The translations under genes were made by a program, and so were the position numbers. The notes beneath the pieces are model-generated. The model ran no database searches. It worked only from the letters and a program-made list of their open reading frames with translations, and was not told the DNA's origin. From Mobula hypostoma (Eukaryota), in the NCBI RefSeq assembly GCF_963921235.1, contig NC_086097.1, forward strand, positions 152,336,001 through 152,400,000: 64,000 nt of DNA, in the 5' to 3' direction. Shown one piece after another: positions 13,778-26,349 of this stretch; positions within the stretch are counted from its first letter, which is position 1, and each line of letters begins with the position of its first letter.

Positions 13778-14093
13778 TGAGGCGAGAGACCTAGGCGAGG
13801 ATGGTTAGGACCCGAGTACTGAAGTATCAAAGACTAGAATTGAGTCATGATACAAGGCTGAAACAAAAACAAAATTCTAAACTACACACTAGATGAGGAC
13901 CCAAAACTGAGCTGACAACTGAGCGTCGAACTTCAGTTCAGTTGCTCTTTAGATATTAAATTCCGGTGCCGAAACATGGTCGCCAGTTAAGGAGGTGGCT
14001 GAATGGTTAAAGTGGCCGTGCCAGCTATTGGTATTCCAGACAGTTAGAACATCTAAACCCTGGAAGATGATGTGCTTGGGTGCATGTTATAAC
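13778..14093. mobile_element. Possible LTR fragment (unclassified)
   Basis: CpG-retaining block that abruptly truncates the CR1 and ends in ...tgttataaca, an LTR-like terminus. No second LTR, PBS or TSD seen. Confidence 0.25.
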
Positions 14094-14294
14094 ATATCGT
14101 AACATTGCCCATCTAAAATGCCTTCTCTATCTCCCATTGTGATTTGTAGCCACATCCTAGCTAATGTTCGGAGACCCGTGTGTAACTCCTAACAGGGTCT
14201 TTTTACCCTTGTAGTTACTTAACTCCATTCTCGAGTATTTTGCATCTTCTGATCCTATGTCACCTCCAAATACATGAAAGAATGCTCATATACA

Positions 14295-15360
14295 TTGATT
14301 GAATGTCCATAAAGTGACACTAGACACAGGAGTGTCTGTACATAAAGTGACTGACAGGAAATGATAAAGTAGTTGTGGGGTAGTGGGTGGTGGTGTTGAT
14401 CAGTGTTACTGCTTGTGGAAAATACCTGTTTTCAAGTTTGGTGATTCTGGTGTCAATGCTATGTAGTCTCCTCCCTGATGGAAGTGGGACAAACAGTCCA
14501 TGAGCATGGTTCGTAGGATCCTTTGTGATGTTTCTAGTCCCTTTCTGACACCTTTCTGTATATATGTCCTTGATTGTGGGTAGGCTGTTGCCAGTGACGA
14601 TTTGGGCAGTTTTGACTACCCTTTGTAAAGTCTTCCTGTCCACTGCAGTGAAGCTAACGTACCATGCAGTGATGCAATATGTTAGGATGCTCTCTACTAT
14701 AGAAGGACGTGAACATAGATGTGCATAGTCCAGCTCTCTACAGCCTTCTCAAAACGTAGACAAGTTGGCGAGCTTTCCTGATTGTGTAGAATGTGTTCTG
14801 GGACCATGAAACGTTGTGCAAGATGTGCACTTCCAGGAGTGTGGAACTGCTCGCAGTATCCACCGCTTGGCCACCAATGTAAAGAGGGGAGTAAGTGGTG
14901 GAAGTTCTCCTAAATTACAAAGCATATTTTGTCTTGTTGAATTGAGGAAGACTTTATTTGCCTGGCACCAGACCTTGGGCTCTTCTGTAGGCCTTCTCAT
15001 CATTATCGGTGATCAGCGCCACCTCTGTCATGTCATCCGGGAGCTTGACAATATGATTACTCAGGTGTTTGGCCACGTGTGCAGTTATGGATGAGTAGAG
15101 TGCACAGCAATGTGCTTGGTACACAGCTCATGGGGGTTGGGGGGCACCTGTGTTGAGGCTGATTACGAGGGAAGAGCAGTAGTGCATTCTGACTCTCTGA
15201 GGTTTGTTGGCTAGTTAATCCAACACCTAGTTGCACAGTGTTATATTTAGACTGAGGAGGAGGAGTTCACCATGGTCTGTGGGGCAATAGTGTTGAGTGC
15301 CAAAGTGAAATCCGGGAACAGCAGGATGCATGAGGGAACAGTAGCTTTCAGTTCTGTGTG
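14295..15360 (-). mobile_element. Rex1/Babar LINE RT-to-3' fragment
   Basis: ORF 14320-14643 reads LQRVVKTAQ..LPSGRRLHSIDTRITKLENRYFPQAVTLIN. Upstream degenerate RT (aagctcccggatgacatgaca, a KFADDT-like region). Confidence 0.85.
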
Positions 15361-15582
15361 GGAGTACAGAGTCAGTAAGACTTGGTCCATTGTACTTTGA
15401 TCCTAAGACAAGAATAGACTGAGAATATGTGACAGGGGCTGTACTTGAAATCTGGATGGGAGAACAAGAGCTATAAGATCTGATTCATTGCTCACAAGAT
15501 TCAGACCTACAAGTTGAATTTGTAAATTTTGACATAGGAGTGAGAGTTTTATCTCTGAACCATTTAACTATCCTTTATTATT

Positions 15583-16036
15583 CTCTCTCTCTCTCTGGCT
15601 ATCCATCCCATAGGATGATGATGGTACCCCACTCCTCAGAAAGGAACAGCGTGTGCGTGAGTGGATTTTAGGTGAGTAGGGGGTTTCACAGGTCCGGACC
15701 CACCCTCTTGACATCCCCTCCCAGATGCAGCGGCATGGTGGGGTCCAAGACGGCTGGGGGAAGTTCTGGTGCAGTGAATGGGCAGACCAAGCTTCGATGC
15801 AAGGGATGCCCTTTCCACAATTTACGGCATGTGTTTGCTAGTTGGCCATTGACCCTATGAGAAGGTTCATCCACCCTTTGACAGGTCTTGTTTTTCATCC
15901 TGCAGGGTGTCTAGCTACCCTCCTCACCAGGCAAGCCTGATGGGGGAGCAGGTTTAGTCACCGACCACCCGACTATGAGACAGGTAGTACTGGGTTATAT
16001 GGTACCAGTAGCACTCAGACGAGTGACCTGACCATA
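15583..16036 (-). mobile_element. 454-bp non-autonomous retroposon (SINE-like, probably RTE-related)
   Basis: GC-richer block flanked by the 9-bp direct repeat tttattatt (15574-15582 and 16037-16045). (AG)n tail at the minus-strand 3' end. No tRNA A/B boxes seen. The RTE link is inference. Confidence 0.65.
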
Positions 16037-16637
16037 TTTATTATTATATGTAAGAGGACCAAATCAAAAAGTCAATCTGCAAGGAAGTTTAGGCTGTGTG
16101 TGGGCAATTCTTTTTTATGATTTTTCAAGGAACAAGGCTACTTTCCCCTTAAATTAAAAAAAATGGTTTGATCAATATGTTTTTTGCTTCATTTTCTTTA
16201 CATATATTGAGTGAATCACTGGAAAACTTACAAATACAAAACTATGTCCCCATCAAAGTACTGTTGCTTTATTTATTAGTATTCACTTCAATAACCATCC
16301 ACCAGTAGGATGTCAAAATTAGGAAGAGCCAGGGGCACTTTGTACTGATTAACATTTCTCAAATCTCTTTTCCAGACCTTGTCCTGAAAAGTTATTACAT
16401 GAGAAGAACATATGGCAAAGCAAACATTTTGAAAGCTGTTCACATCCTGATGTCTGTCCTATGTTGATCCTAAGACATTTATCAAATTGAGTAGATTTTG
16501 ATTACACTTAGGTGTCAGGTTCTTCAAAGTTCAACAGAGATATATCCTTATGGAATTGGCACTGATTTTTCTTCAGATCTCCTATGCTGTCTTCAATTGT
16601 TCAATAATTTAAAACCAGGATCCACAAAGTAAAATTA

Positions 16638-16830
16638 TGCAGATGCAGAAAATAGGAGATAAAAACTAGAATCATTCAACAAGTCATTCAAGTGTGGAAA
16701 GGGAAACACACAAGGTTGATGACCTTGAGAAACATTGATCTGATGAGCTTTTGTCTGATAAATGGTCATTGATCAATGTTATCTTTTTCTTTCTCCAGAG
16801 GTGCTGCCTGACGGGCTAATTATTTCCAAT
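16638..16830. mobile_element. Eroded inverted pair of Penelope pseudo-LTR ends
   Basis: tgcagatgcagaaaat...tggaaagggaaaca on the left and tctttctccagaggtgctgcctgacgggcta on the right resemble the family A terminus in opposite orientations. Confidence 0.35.
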
Positions 16831-17954
16831 ATTATATACATGCACAGGCAGGGCCTCCGTGCTATGTTGTTTACTGTCAAAATCAATGCAATTTGATTTC
16901 TGCTCTTGTCTTCAACCTCACAGTTCCTGTGCTGGGGCATGTCTTTCTCTTTTTCCCATACAGTTCCTAACATTAATAGACACCATTGTGACCTCTTTGT
17001 GGAGAAGGCAGGACTTTTTCATAAAAAGCAACCTGTTGATATAGGAATGAATATTGGCAATGAGGAGCATGCATAGTTGTGGAAATTGAAAAGAAGTGAA
17101 GGGGGTGGATTGTATGAAAGAGGGTGACATACAGGCATGTACAAATGTTTGAAAGAGGAAATTGGTGGAAGTGAAAACAGAAACAGACGGCAGTAAAGTG
17201 CAGGGAAAACAAAATATTATAACAGAATAACGGAAAATGTGAAAATGAGTTAAAAGGACAAGGGGAGGGTAGGAGTAGAAGGAGGAATTCTGTGTAAGGT
17301 GGGAAGAGAAACCTGTTAGGAGAGTATCTTCCATCTTTTAAAACTAAAACGGAAAGGTACTCCGAGCATGAATTTAACAGTAGGGCTCTGAAATGGAGTC
17401 AGTATATTTAACTGGGGTCAATTAATGTGGATAATGTGGTAATCCTTGCAGAATTCTTGTCATTGACTTTTAACTCCATCCTGTATTGATGTATTATTTC
17501 TAGGTTTCATGATCATTTGGGTTGAGGGGATGTAATGGATGTGGATAATGATTAATTCCTTTGGACTTTAAAAGGCTGGGCAGTGTGCCACGTTGAAACT
17601 AAGGAATGGAAGAGTGTTGGTTACAGGTAAAGTAAGTCCTGGTTGATTGGTAAATGGTGTGGAGAAGGAATAGATCATTAAGAGTACATGGGGATTTGGT
17701 TGGACTTTGCATACTAATTCAGGTTGGTTTTACTGGAGTGCTGTGCGTGATGGGGTTAGAGCAGTGAGGGAGAAGTGAGAATCTGCATGGGTAACCACTT
17801 GGATTATATTCCAAAGTGATTTATAGCCAGTAACATACAGTTAACTTTTTGATTACTGTAGTAATATAGGAAAGTTCAAATTGTGAAATATTTAATCATC
17901 ACTCTGCATTTCTTTCTTTATACAAGGTGAACCTTTTGTCCTGAAGATCAGATA

Positions 17955-18284
17955 CACAAAGCCCCCAGTTTATGACAGGATTCCATTCCTGAGAACTTCA
18001 TAAACCGAACTATTCATGAGAGCAAAATGAACAGAAACAGCATGTGGGGGAGGATCACTGAAACAGTTTTGACGGCAGCGTGGGAAGGGCAACCTCCAGC
18101 CGGCCTCGCTGACTCAGTGAGTGAATGAGTCTGCTCAGCTCAGGTGGGAGGGGAGGAGAGTGAAGGCCCACAGAAAAAGCTCTAATCCTACTCAGCAGAG
18201 TTGGCAAATCTATCCCGCTGTTTTCCCAAACACTCACGTAGGAGGTGTCCATAAGTCATTTGTTCATAATCCAGGAGGACCTGT
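17955..18284. mobile_element. Tc1/mariner (Tigger/pogo-like) MITE, CpG-decayed
   Basis: Imperfect terminal inverted repeats: cacaaagcccccagtttatgac on the left versus gttcataatccaggaggacctgtg on the right. Subterminal ttcataa/cataag repeats are consistent with decayed cgtaa motifs. Confidence 0.5.
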
Positions 18285-19411
18285 GTGCTTAAGTTGCATC
18301 TGAATACATTATTTTAAAGGAAAATTTCAACGTTTCCTGTTAATATGTTACCCAAAATCTACCAACTTCCCTTCCCTACATTTGGTCCTATGTATTTGCA
18401 TTTTATTTATTTGCCCCTAAGATTCCTCTAATGCTAAGCAGTCAGTAGTAGCAGAGAACGTTATACCTGGTGAATCAGAAAGACTCACAAAAATCCCGAT
18501 GGCCTAACTTTTGCTGATGAGTATCAATAGTTACCCATGGAATTTCTGTCAATTCCCCAGTTTGGTGCCAGAAATCCTGCATTAATATGGAAGCTGCAAC
18601 TTTTCAGGCAGAAATGCACTGGTACTTTTCTAGTTGAATTTTCTTGTTGGATTAAATATAGAGTTCAAAAACGAAATGATGTCTTGTTGGGATCTGCAAT
18701 ATTTGTGCTGCAAAGTACTAATGCTCGGGTGTGAGAGCCAGATTCATCAATTTATTCATCTGCATGGTGATAGGAGAGCTGCAGAGAGGAAATGTAAAAA
18801 TAAGTAGGTTACAATCTCATGCATTTTGTTTTTGTCTTATTTCTCTTAATTATTTATTACAGTTTTTACTTTAATCTATTCTGCCATTTTATCATTGTAC
18901 TTACTATTGCAATGCATACTATGTATTCTTTGAGGCTCATGAAGACCAGGAATTCCTTTGCATTCTGGTGTATATGGCAACAAACTATTCCAATCTAATG
19001 GATTTTAAATGATAAAAATATTAACTCAACTTTTAAAAGCAATTTCCAAATATATTTAAGATTCTTTGATTAACAGGGTCATTTAGAAATGTTGAAAATT
19101 TTGACAGTTGGCGGAGCAAAGAAGTGGAATTTTGCTTTCTGTCAAACAGTTACAGGGAGGGCTGGCTGTCCTTGGCCATGCCATTCAGTTATGATGTTCA
19201 AGGTGCTGTCGCTGCTCAATTTCTTGCTACTCAGCTCTAGTACTGTCTCAACTAGCAAAACATGGATCTGTGGTACGTTATGTCCATGCAGTAGGGAAAA
19301 TATGCAGTACATGTGGCTGGTAGGCTTCACAACAATAGTCGGCTCCACCCTCAAATTAGTTTGTAGATGCTCGTAGGACCTTGCTGCATGCAAATTGGTG
19401 GTGGCCTTTAT

Positions 19412-19814
19412 TATAGTAGTGTCCTGTAGGGGCGTACCTTATTCTGATTGTCGAAAGTCGCTTCCATTGTGATTGGTTAGTTTAGAAGCTACAGTTGTTT
19501 CTCCCATTGGATAACTGCCTGATGTCCAGTTTCAAATATCCTGGGTATATAGAATTACATGTGGAAGGGACTCTCTTCTTCCTTTGTTTTAGACATGACC
19601 ATTGGAAGGTATGCTCTGCGCGCACTTTTAACTAAGCATGTTTGTTGAATTTTTGTACGTCCGTTGAGTATTCAACTTTGTAGTGTCTGTAACTTGGGGA
19701 ACATGAATGTTTGGTCAAATTTTTACTGTTTGTAAATAAATGATTAATACACCTGTTTGCAGAGAGTGCTTTTTGTACCACTTGCTAGACCCATGAACTC
19801 GATTGAATATTACA
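19412..19814 (+). mobile_element. Probable solo LTR inserted in a Deu-domain SINE remnant
   Basis: About 400 bp ending ...aatattaca. Contains ATTGG boxes, tatata (about 19546) and AATAAA (about 19735) in promoter-to-polyA order. The flanks (ggaccttgctgcatgcaaattgg | gagtgaccacgttttagaagtatttaattg) read as one DeuSINE-like 3' segment. TSD not resolved. Confidence 0.45.
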
Positions 19815-20934
19815 ATGAGTGACCACGTTTTAGAAGTATTTAATTGCCCGTAAGGTTCTCTGTGATGTCAAAAACACTCTTAGTAATTTGAAGGTCTCTG
19901 GGTGCTAAACAGGTGTAAATACTTATTACATGAGCTGGAATTTTGAATGAGCTTATTATAACTTTGCTGGAAGTTACACACACTGCTGCATAGCCTTTTA
20001 ATGAACATCAGCAATATTTCACCAATATTTAAAAGAGATTTTGTGACTAATATGCATTCATAAGTCTGTTGTATTCATATTTCAAATAGTCCAATCAGCA
20101 TTTACGATGCAGTAAAGAGAAAGCTTTTCAAGATGTTTCACTCACCTTGACAATTCACACTGGGAAAAATTCAGCCCCAGGAGCAGACCCAGGTTATATC
20201 TATATGATTTATTTCATATCCTAATTTCCAGGACAATTCTCCCTTAAATACAAAGATCCCTTGTGACCCTGGCTTGTAATGAATAGCTGAGGAAGTACAA
20301 GAAGTTCTTTGTTAGTGAGGAAAGTTGTTTTTGGAAGTTAATAGCAGAATGTGCTATAAAAAGCTGCCCTTGACTGTCCAGGAGGGTAAAAGACTAAGCA
20401 GATCTACCATCCAGGGAATACATTTCAACACTCCTATTTGTATTTGCATGAAGTTCAAAGAGACTGCCAGAGAATAGTGCTAAGAAAATGTTTATATCTT
20501 ACCATCGTTTTCAAATTGGTTACTGTTGAAATTTTCTTTAACAGCAGAATACTATGAGGAACCAACTTTATTTAAAGAGAATAATAAACATTTAAAGAAA
20601 TACTTGTGGGAACCATGGTGAGAGCTTAATTAGAAACTGCCTGAACAATCTCTTTCAGTCTTTTATTTTCTTCAAATCAATTATTCCATTACTAATTATC
20701 CCAATAACAAGTTATTTTTTCGTAGCATTGTAAACAATCCTAAGATATTTGGACACCATACAGCAGGGGTCCCCAAACACCGGGCCGCAGACCAGTACTG
20801 GGCTGCAAAGCATGTGCTACTGGGCCACAAGGAAATGATACGATTTGGCGATATGAGTCCGCTGCACTTTTCCTCATTCCCTGTCACGCCCACTGTTGAG
20901 CTTGAATGCGCATGAGGTCATTACGCACGCGTCA

Positions 20935-21238
20935 TCCATGTCAGCGCAGGAAGGAGATCAACTCCTCGAGCTTGCAAATAACGATGGGTTGAAAAGTATG
21001 TTTGACATAACATCTCTGCCAGTATTCTGGATCAAAGCCAAGGCTAAATATCCTGAGAAAGCCACGAAAGCACTGGAAACGTTGCTTCCATTTCCAACAT
21101 ATCTCTACAATGAATGCAACGAAAACTAAATTGCGGAATAGACTGGACATAAGGAACTCCCTTCGAGTATCACTGTCTCCCATCACCCCTTGATGGAACC
21201 GTCTTGCTGCAGGGAAACAAGCCCAGGGCTCCCACTGA
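20935..21238 (+). pseudogene. hAT transposase C-terminal dimerisation-domain remnant
   Basis: QLLELANNDGLKSMFDITSLPVFWIKAKAKYPEKATKALETLLPFPTYL, then a shifted frame MNATKTKLRNRLDIRNSLRVSLSPITP*WNRLAAGKQAQGSH*. The CExGFS-type motif is lost at the frameshift. Confidence 0.85.
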
Positions 21239-21358
21239 TTCAGCGATATTGGTGTGTTGAAATGATTTTATATGTTCATACGGGGAAAATATGTGCTGTG
21301 TGTTTAATATCCAAACGTTACTTAAAATGTTATGATGCTATTGACTTATAAGTGACTT

Positions 21359-21566
21359 ATATAACCATATAACAATTGCAGCACGGAAACAGGCCATCTC
21401 TGCCCTTCTAGTCCGTGCCAGACGCTTACTCTCACTTAGTCCCACCAACCTGCACGCGGCCCATAACCCTCCATTCCTTTCCTGTCCACATACCTATCCA
21501 ATTTTTCATTAAATGATAATATCAAACCTGCCTCTACCACTTCTACTGGAAGTTCGTTCAACACTT
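21359..21566 (-). mobile_element. CR1 3' end inside the hAT element
   Basis: Reverse complement closely matches 2018-2150 (ggaatggagggttatggg...gagatggcctgtttcc..gtaattgttatatggttatat). Confidence 0.9.
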
Positions 21567-22087
21567 ACTTCAAGCTTCCCTGATAATTGACTTATCGCTA
21601 TATTCATGCAAGGAAAATATGCGCTGTGTGTTTAATATTAAATTCATTAGATAAACCCTTTTAGAAATGAAATTGAGTGTATTAGCCACTTATCTCCTAT
21701 ATTCCAGTTGTGATGAACACCCCCCCACTGAACAGAATCATCAAAAACGATTTGTAGGAAAAAATCGGCATGTACACGCATGCTCAAGTCACGCATGCGC
21801 ACTGGTACCCGCGCAAGGCTTCATGGTCATTGTAGTCTTTCTCGGGATAAACACAATGTATTTGACTGCTACTCTTGTCCGTTGGCAACCCTACCGCCTC
21901 CCCAGGGTCGGTCGGTCTGTAAGAATATTGTCAATATTAAACCGGTCCGCGTTGTAAAAAGGTTGGGGACCCCTGCCATACAGAATGAAATTTAATCATC
22001 TTCTAATGCAGTGGAGGCAGTGCGGTGACCGATGTTTCGTATCCATAAAGTTCTTTGGTCCTGTAGATCAGTTGATGTATTAACGTG

Positions 22088-22835
22088 CACACAAAATGCA
22101 GAGGAACTCAACAGGCTAGGTAGTGCCTATGGAAAAGAGTAAACAGTCAACATTTCATGCTGAGACCCTTCGTCAGGACTGGAAAAAAATGATGAGAAGT
22201 TAGAGCAAGAAGGTGGTGGGAGTGGAGGAAGAAGTACAAGGTGGTAGGTGATAGGTGAATCCGGGAGAGATGGAGAGGTGAAATAAAGAACTGGGAAGCT
22301 GATTGGTGAAAGAGATAAGGGGCCAGAGAAAGAGGAATCTGATAGGAGAGGATAAAAGACCATGGAAGAAAAGGAAAGAGGAGGAGCACCAGGAGGAAGT
22401 GATGGGCTAGTAAGTAGATAAGGTGAGAGGGCAAACAGGAATGGGGGCATGGTGAAAGGTGTAGGTGGCAATTACCGGGAGTTTGAGAAATCGATGTTCA
22501 TGCCATTAGGTTGGAGGCTACTCAGACAGAATATAAGGTGTTGCTCCTCCACCCTGAGTATGGCCTCATCATGGCAGTAGAGGAGGCCATAGACTCATAT
22601 GTTGGAATGGGAATGGAAAGTAGAATTGAAATGAGTGGCCGGCAGGAGATCTCTCATTTGCTGGCAGATGGAATATAGATGCTTGGCTAGGTGGCCTTCC
22701 AATCTACGTCTTGTCTCACTGTTATACAGGAGGCCACATGAGCACCAGATACAGTGGGTGGCCTTAACAGAGTCAGAAGCTTCACCGGAAAGGACGGTTC
22801 GGGGCCCTGAATGGTTGTTAGGGAGGAGGTGTAGG
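22088..22835 (-). mobile_element. Penelope-like family A (Neptune-like) 3' fragment: GIY-YIG plus pseudo-LTR
   Basis: ORF 22595-22861 reads HCIWCSCGLLYNSETRRRLEGHLAKHLYSI..LLPATHFNSTFHSHS, a degenerate GIY-YIG. Hammerhead motif at 22144-22181. Confidence 0.88.
22144..22181 (-). ncRNA. Minimal type I hammerhead ribozyme motif (stem II damaged)
   Basis: Minus strand: cagtc CTGACGA agggtctcagcat GAAA TG TT gactg. Confidence 0.6.
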
Positions 22836-23041
22836 AGCGTTCTGCTTGTTTTGTCGTGCACCTATGCTCCACTTGCCTGAAAAAGTGGGATCTCCCAGTC
22901 ACCACCCATTTCGATTCTACTTCCCATTCCCATTCTGACATGTCAGTCCATGGCTTCCTCTACTGCCCGATAAGGCCACACTCAGGTTGGAGGATATTAA
23001 GCAGTAGTAAATCAAGGCAAATGGACTTGCTATGTTGTCTC

Positions 23042-23081
23042 GAAGACGTTTTGCCACTCATCCAAGAGGCTTCTTCAGTTC
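23042..23081 (-). ncRNA. Hammerhead motif of Penelope family B (G12>A, probably inactive)
   Basis: Minus strand: gaa CTGAAGA a gcctcttggatgagtggc AAAA CG TC ttc. A more eroded twin lies on the + strand at about 26781-26820. Confidence 0.6.
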
Positions 23082-24112
23082 TGATCCATGGTGGATAATT
23101 TTCCAGTTTATAAACTCTGTGAGTTGTTTCACGGTATAGCAATCACATGAGGGTCGTTAAGAGTTGTAGAGGTGATGATATGGTCATTAGTCTTATCTTT
23201 GCATGAATGGAGGTGTGAACCATTGTGGAGATGCTGGAGTAGAGATGTTAGGACTACATTGTAAGTAGCTGATAGGTGGTGTCATACTCCACCCCCTCTG
23301 CTCAGGGATGGGTTTTCCAGTTTGACAAAGATGACTTCAATAACCACTCTTTCCAACCACCTGTCCTCCCTGTCCAAAAAAATACACATTATTATTAAAG
23401 GAGCGACCCTTGTCCTTTAGGTGTAGATATATAGCCAGTCTTGAACTTTGGTATTAACCCTCCTATGCTAGGCTATCCATTGGTGAGGTGATTGTTTTGT
23501 CTCACCGATATACAGATCTGTGCAGTACTCAACGCATTGGATAGAATATACAATATTGCTCTGTTTATGTCTCAATGTAGGATCCTTGGCATAGATGAGT
23601 TTCTATCTCAGTACATTGTAGGTTTGGAAAAACACAGCAATTTCATGTTTGTTGAGAATCTTTCTGAGTTTCTCTGAAATTCCAGCTACATATGGGATGA
23701 CTTTGTTTTTCCAGCTGCTTTGTTCTGCCTGTTGGACTGATGTCCCTGCTGGATTTTGTTGCTGTCTTGATGAAGGCCCAGTCAGGGTAGCCGCAAGCTT
23801 TCAAGGCTGCTCTCAAATACCTGCGCACCCTGCCTTTAGCTGTAATGTTGGTGGGGACATTCTCGGCACTGTGATGTAGTGTTCTGATAACCCTTAACTT
23901 ACGTTCTAATGGGTGATGAGAGTCCAACTGTAGCTACTGTTTTGTGTGGATTGGTTTCCTGTAAACTTCAATATCTAGATGTTCTTTACTTTGATAAGTA
24001 CTGCACAGTCAAGAAAGGCCAGTCTAATGTTCTTGACGTCTTTTCATGTAAATTTGATGTTATTATCCACCAAATTGATGTATTCTATGAAGGCTTGTAC
24101 CTCATGAATTTT

Positions 24113-26349
24113 AGACTGTAAGACCATAAGACACAGGAGCAGAATTAGGCCATCTGGCCCATCGAGCCTGCTCCGCCATTCAATCATGGCTGATCTTTTT
24201 CTTCCTCTCCTCCTCAACCCCAGTTCCTGGCCTTCTCCCCATAACTTTTGATGTCATGTCCAATCAAGAACTATCAATCTCTGCCTTAGTACACCCAACG
24301 ACCTGGCCTCCACAGCTGCGTGTGGCGGCAAATTCCACAAATTCACCACCCTTTGGCTAAAGAAATTTCTCTGCATCTCTGTTTTGAAAGGGCACTCCTC
24401 TATCCTGAGGCTGTGCCTTCTTGTCCGAGACTCTCCCACCATAGGAAACATCTTTCCGCACCTACTCTGTATAGGCCTTTCAATCATTTGAAAGGTTTCA
24501 ATGAGATCCCCCCTCATCTTTCTGAATTCCAGTGGGTACAGACCCAGAGCCATCAAACTTTCCTCATATGATAGCCCTTTCATTCCTGGAATTTTCTTTG
24601 TGAACCTCCTCTGGACCCTCTCCAATGCCAGCACATCTTTTCTAAGACGAGGGGCCCAAAACTGTTCATAATACTCAAGCTGAGGCCTCACTAGTGCCTT
24701 ATAAAGCCTCAGCATCACATCCTTGCTCTTGTATTCAAGACCTCTTGAAATGAATGCTAACATGGCATTTGCCTTCCTCACCACCAACTCAACCTGCAAG
24801 TTAACCTTCAGTGTGTTCTGTATATGGACTCCCAAGTCCCTTTGCATCTCAGATTCCTGGACTTTCTCCCCATTTAGAAAATAGTCTGCACATTTATTTC
24901 TACTACCAAAGAGTATGACCATGCATTTTCCAACATTGTATTTCATTTGCTACTTTCTTTCCCATTCTCCTAATTTGTCTTAGCCCTTCTGCATCCTCAA
25001 AACTACCTGCTCCTCCACCAATCTTCGTATCATCTGAAACCTGGCAACAAAGCCATCTATTCCATCATCTAAATCATTTATATACAGCATAAAAAGAAGT
25101 GGTCCCAACACTGACCCCTGCGGAACATCACTAGTCACTGGCAGCCAACCAGAAAAGGATCCTTTTATTCCCATTCACTGCCTCCTACCTATCAGCCAAT
25201 GCTCCAACCATATTAGTAACTTTCCTGTAATACCATGGGCTCATAACTTGGTAAGCAGCCTCATGTGTGGCACCTTGTGAAGGTGTCTGAAAGTCCAAGT
25301 ATACAACATCCACTGCATCCCCTTTATCTATCCTACTCGTAATCTCTTCAAAGAATTCCAGCAGGTTCATCAGGCAGGATTTTCCCTGAAGGAAACCATA
25401 CTGACTTTGTACTATCTTGTGTTGTGTCACCAAGTACTCCATCACGTCGTCCTTAACAATTGACTCTAACATCTTCCCAACCACTGAGGTTGGGCTCCCT
25501 GGTCTATAATTTCCTTTCTGCTACCTTCCTCCTTTCTTAAAGAGTAGAGTAATGTTTGCAACTTTCCAGTCCTCTGGCACTATACTAGAGTCCAATGATT
25601 TTTGAAAGATCATTTCTAATGTCCCCACAATCTCTAAAGCTGCCTCTTTCAGAACCATCGGGTGCAGTTCCTCTGGTCTGGGTAACTTATGTACATTTAG
25701 GTCTTTCAGCTTTTTGGGCACCTTCTCTCTTGTAACAGTAACAGCACCCACTTCTCTTCCTTCACACACTACAACATCAGGCCTACCACTAGTATCCTCC
25801 ACAGTGAAGACTGACGCAAAATACTCATTTAGTTCATCAACCATCTCCTTGTCCCCTGTTGTTATTTCTCCTGCCTCATTTCCTAGCAGTCCTATATCCA
25901 CTCTCGTCTCTCTTTTATTTTTAACTTACTTGAAAACACTTCTACTATCCACGTTGATATTATTTGCTAGCTTGCTTTCATATTTCATCTTTTCTCTTCT
26001 AATGATTTTTTAGTTGCTCTCTGTAGGCTTTTAAAACCTTCCCAATCCTTTATCTTCCCACTAATTTTTGCTTTGTTGTATACTCTTTCTTTTGCTTTTA
26101 CAATAGCTTTGACTTCCCTCGTCAGCGAAATTTGTTCTATTTTACCATTCTTCATTTTTGGAATACACATGTCCTCCACCTTCCTCATTTTTCCCAGAAA
26201 CGTACACCATTGCTACTCTGCTGACATCCCTGCCAGCAGCTCCTCCCAATTTACTTTGGCCAACTCCTCTCTCATACCACTGTAATTTCCCAAACTCCAC
26301 TGAAATACGTCAGCTTTACTTTCCCCCTATCAAATTTCAAGTTGAACTT
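24113..26349 (-). mobile_element. CR1 LINE (second subfamily), 5'-truncated, inserted in the Penelope B RT
   Basis: Minus-strand ORFs 24254-26188 carry CR1 ORF2 motifs (PEDWKVANITLLFKKG, VYLDFQ, PQGSVLGPLLF, RNFFSQRVVNLWN). Tail agactgtaagaccataag. 6-bp TSD aatttt (24107-24112 and 26350-26355). Confidence 0.95.

Larger units (their letters stand above)
20764..21975 (+). mobile_element. hAT (Charlie/Buster-type) non-autonomous DNA transposon
   Basis: Perfect 13-bp TIR CAGGGGTCCCCAA (20764-20776) / TTGGGGACCCCTG (21963-21975). 8-bp TSD ccatacag with central TA (20756-20763 and 21976-21983). Confidence 0.95.

Noticed and set aside
16740..16750. CTGATGAG as a further intact hammerhead core
   Set aside because: No downstream stem II or GAAA in register. 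At most an eroded Penelope remnant.
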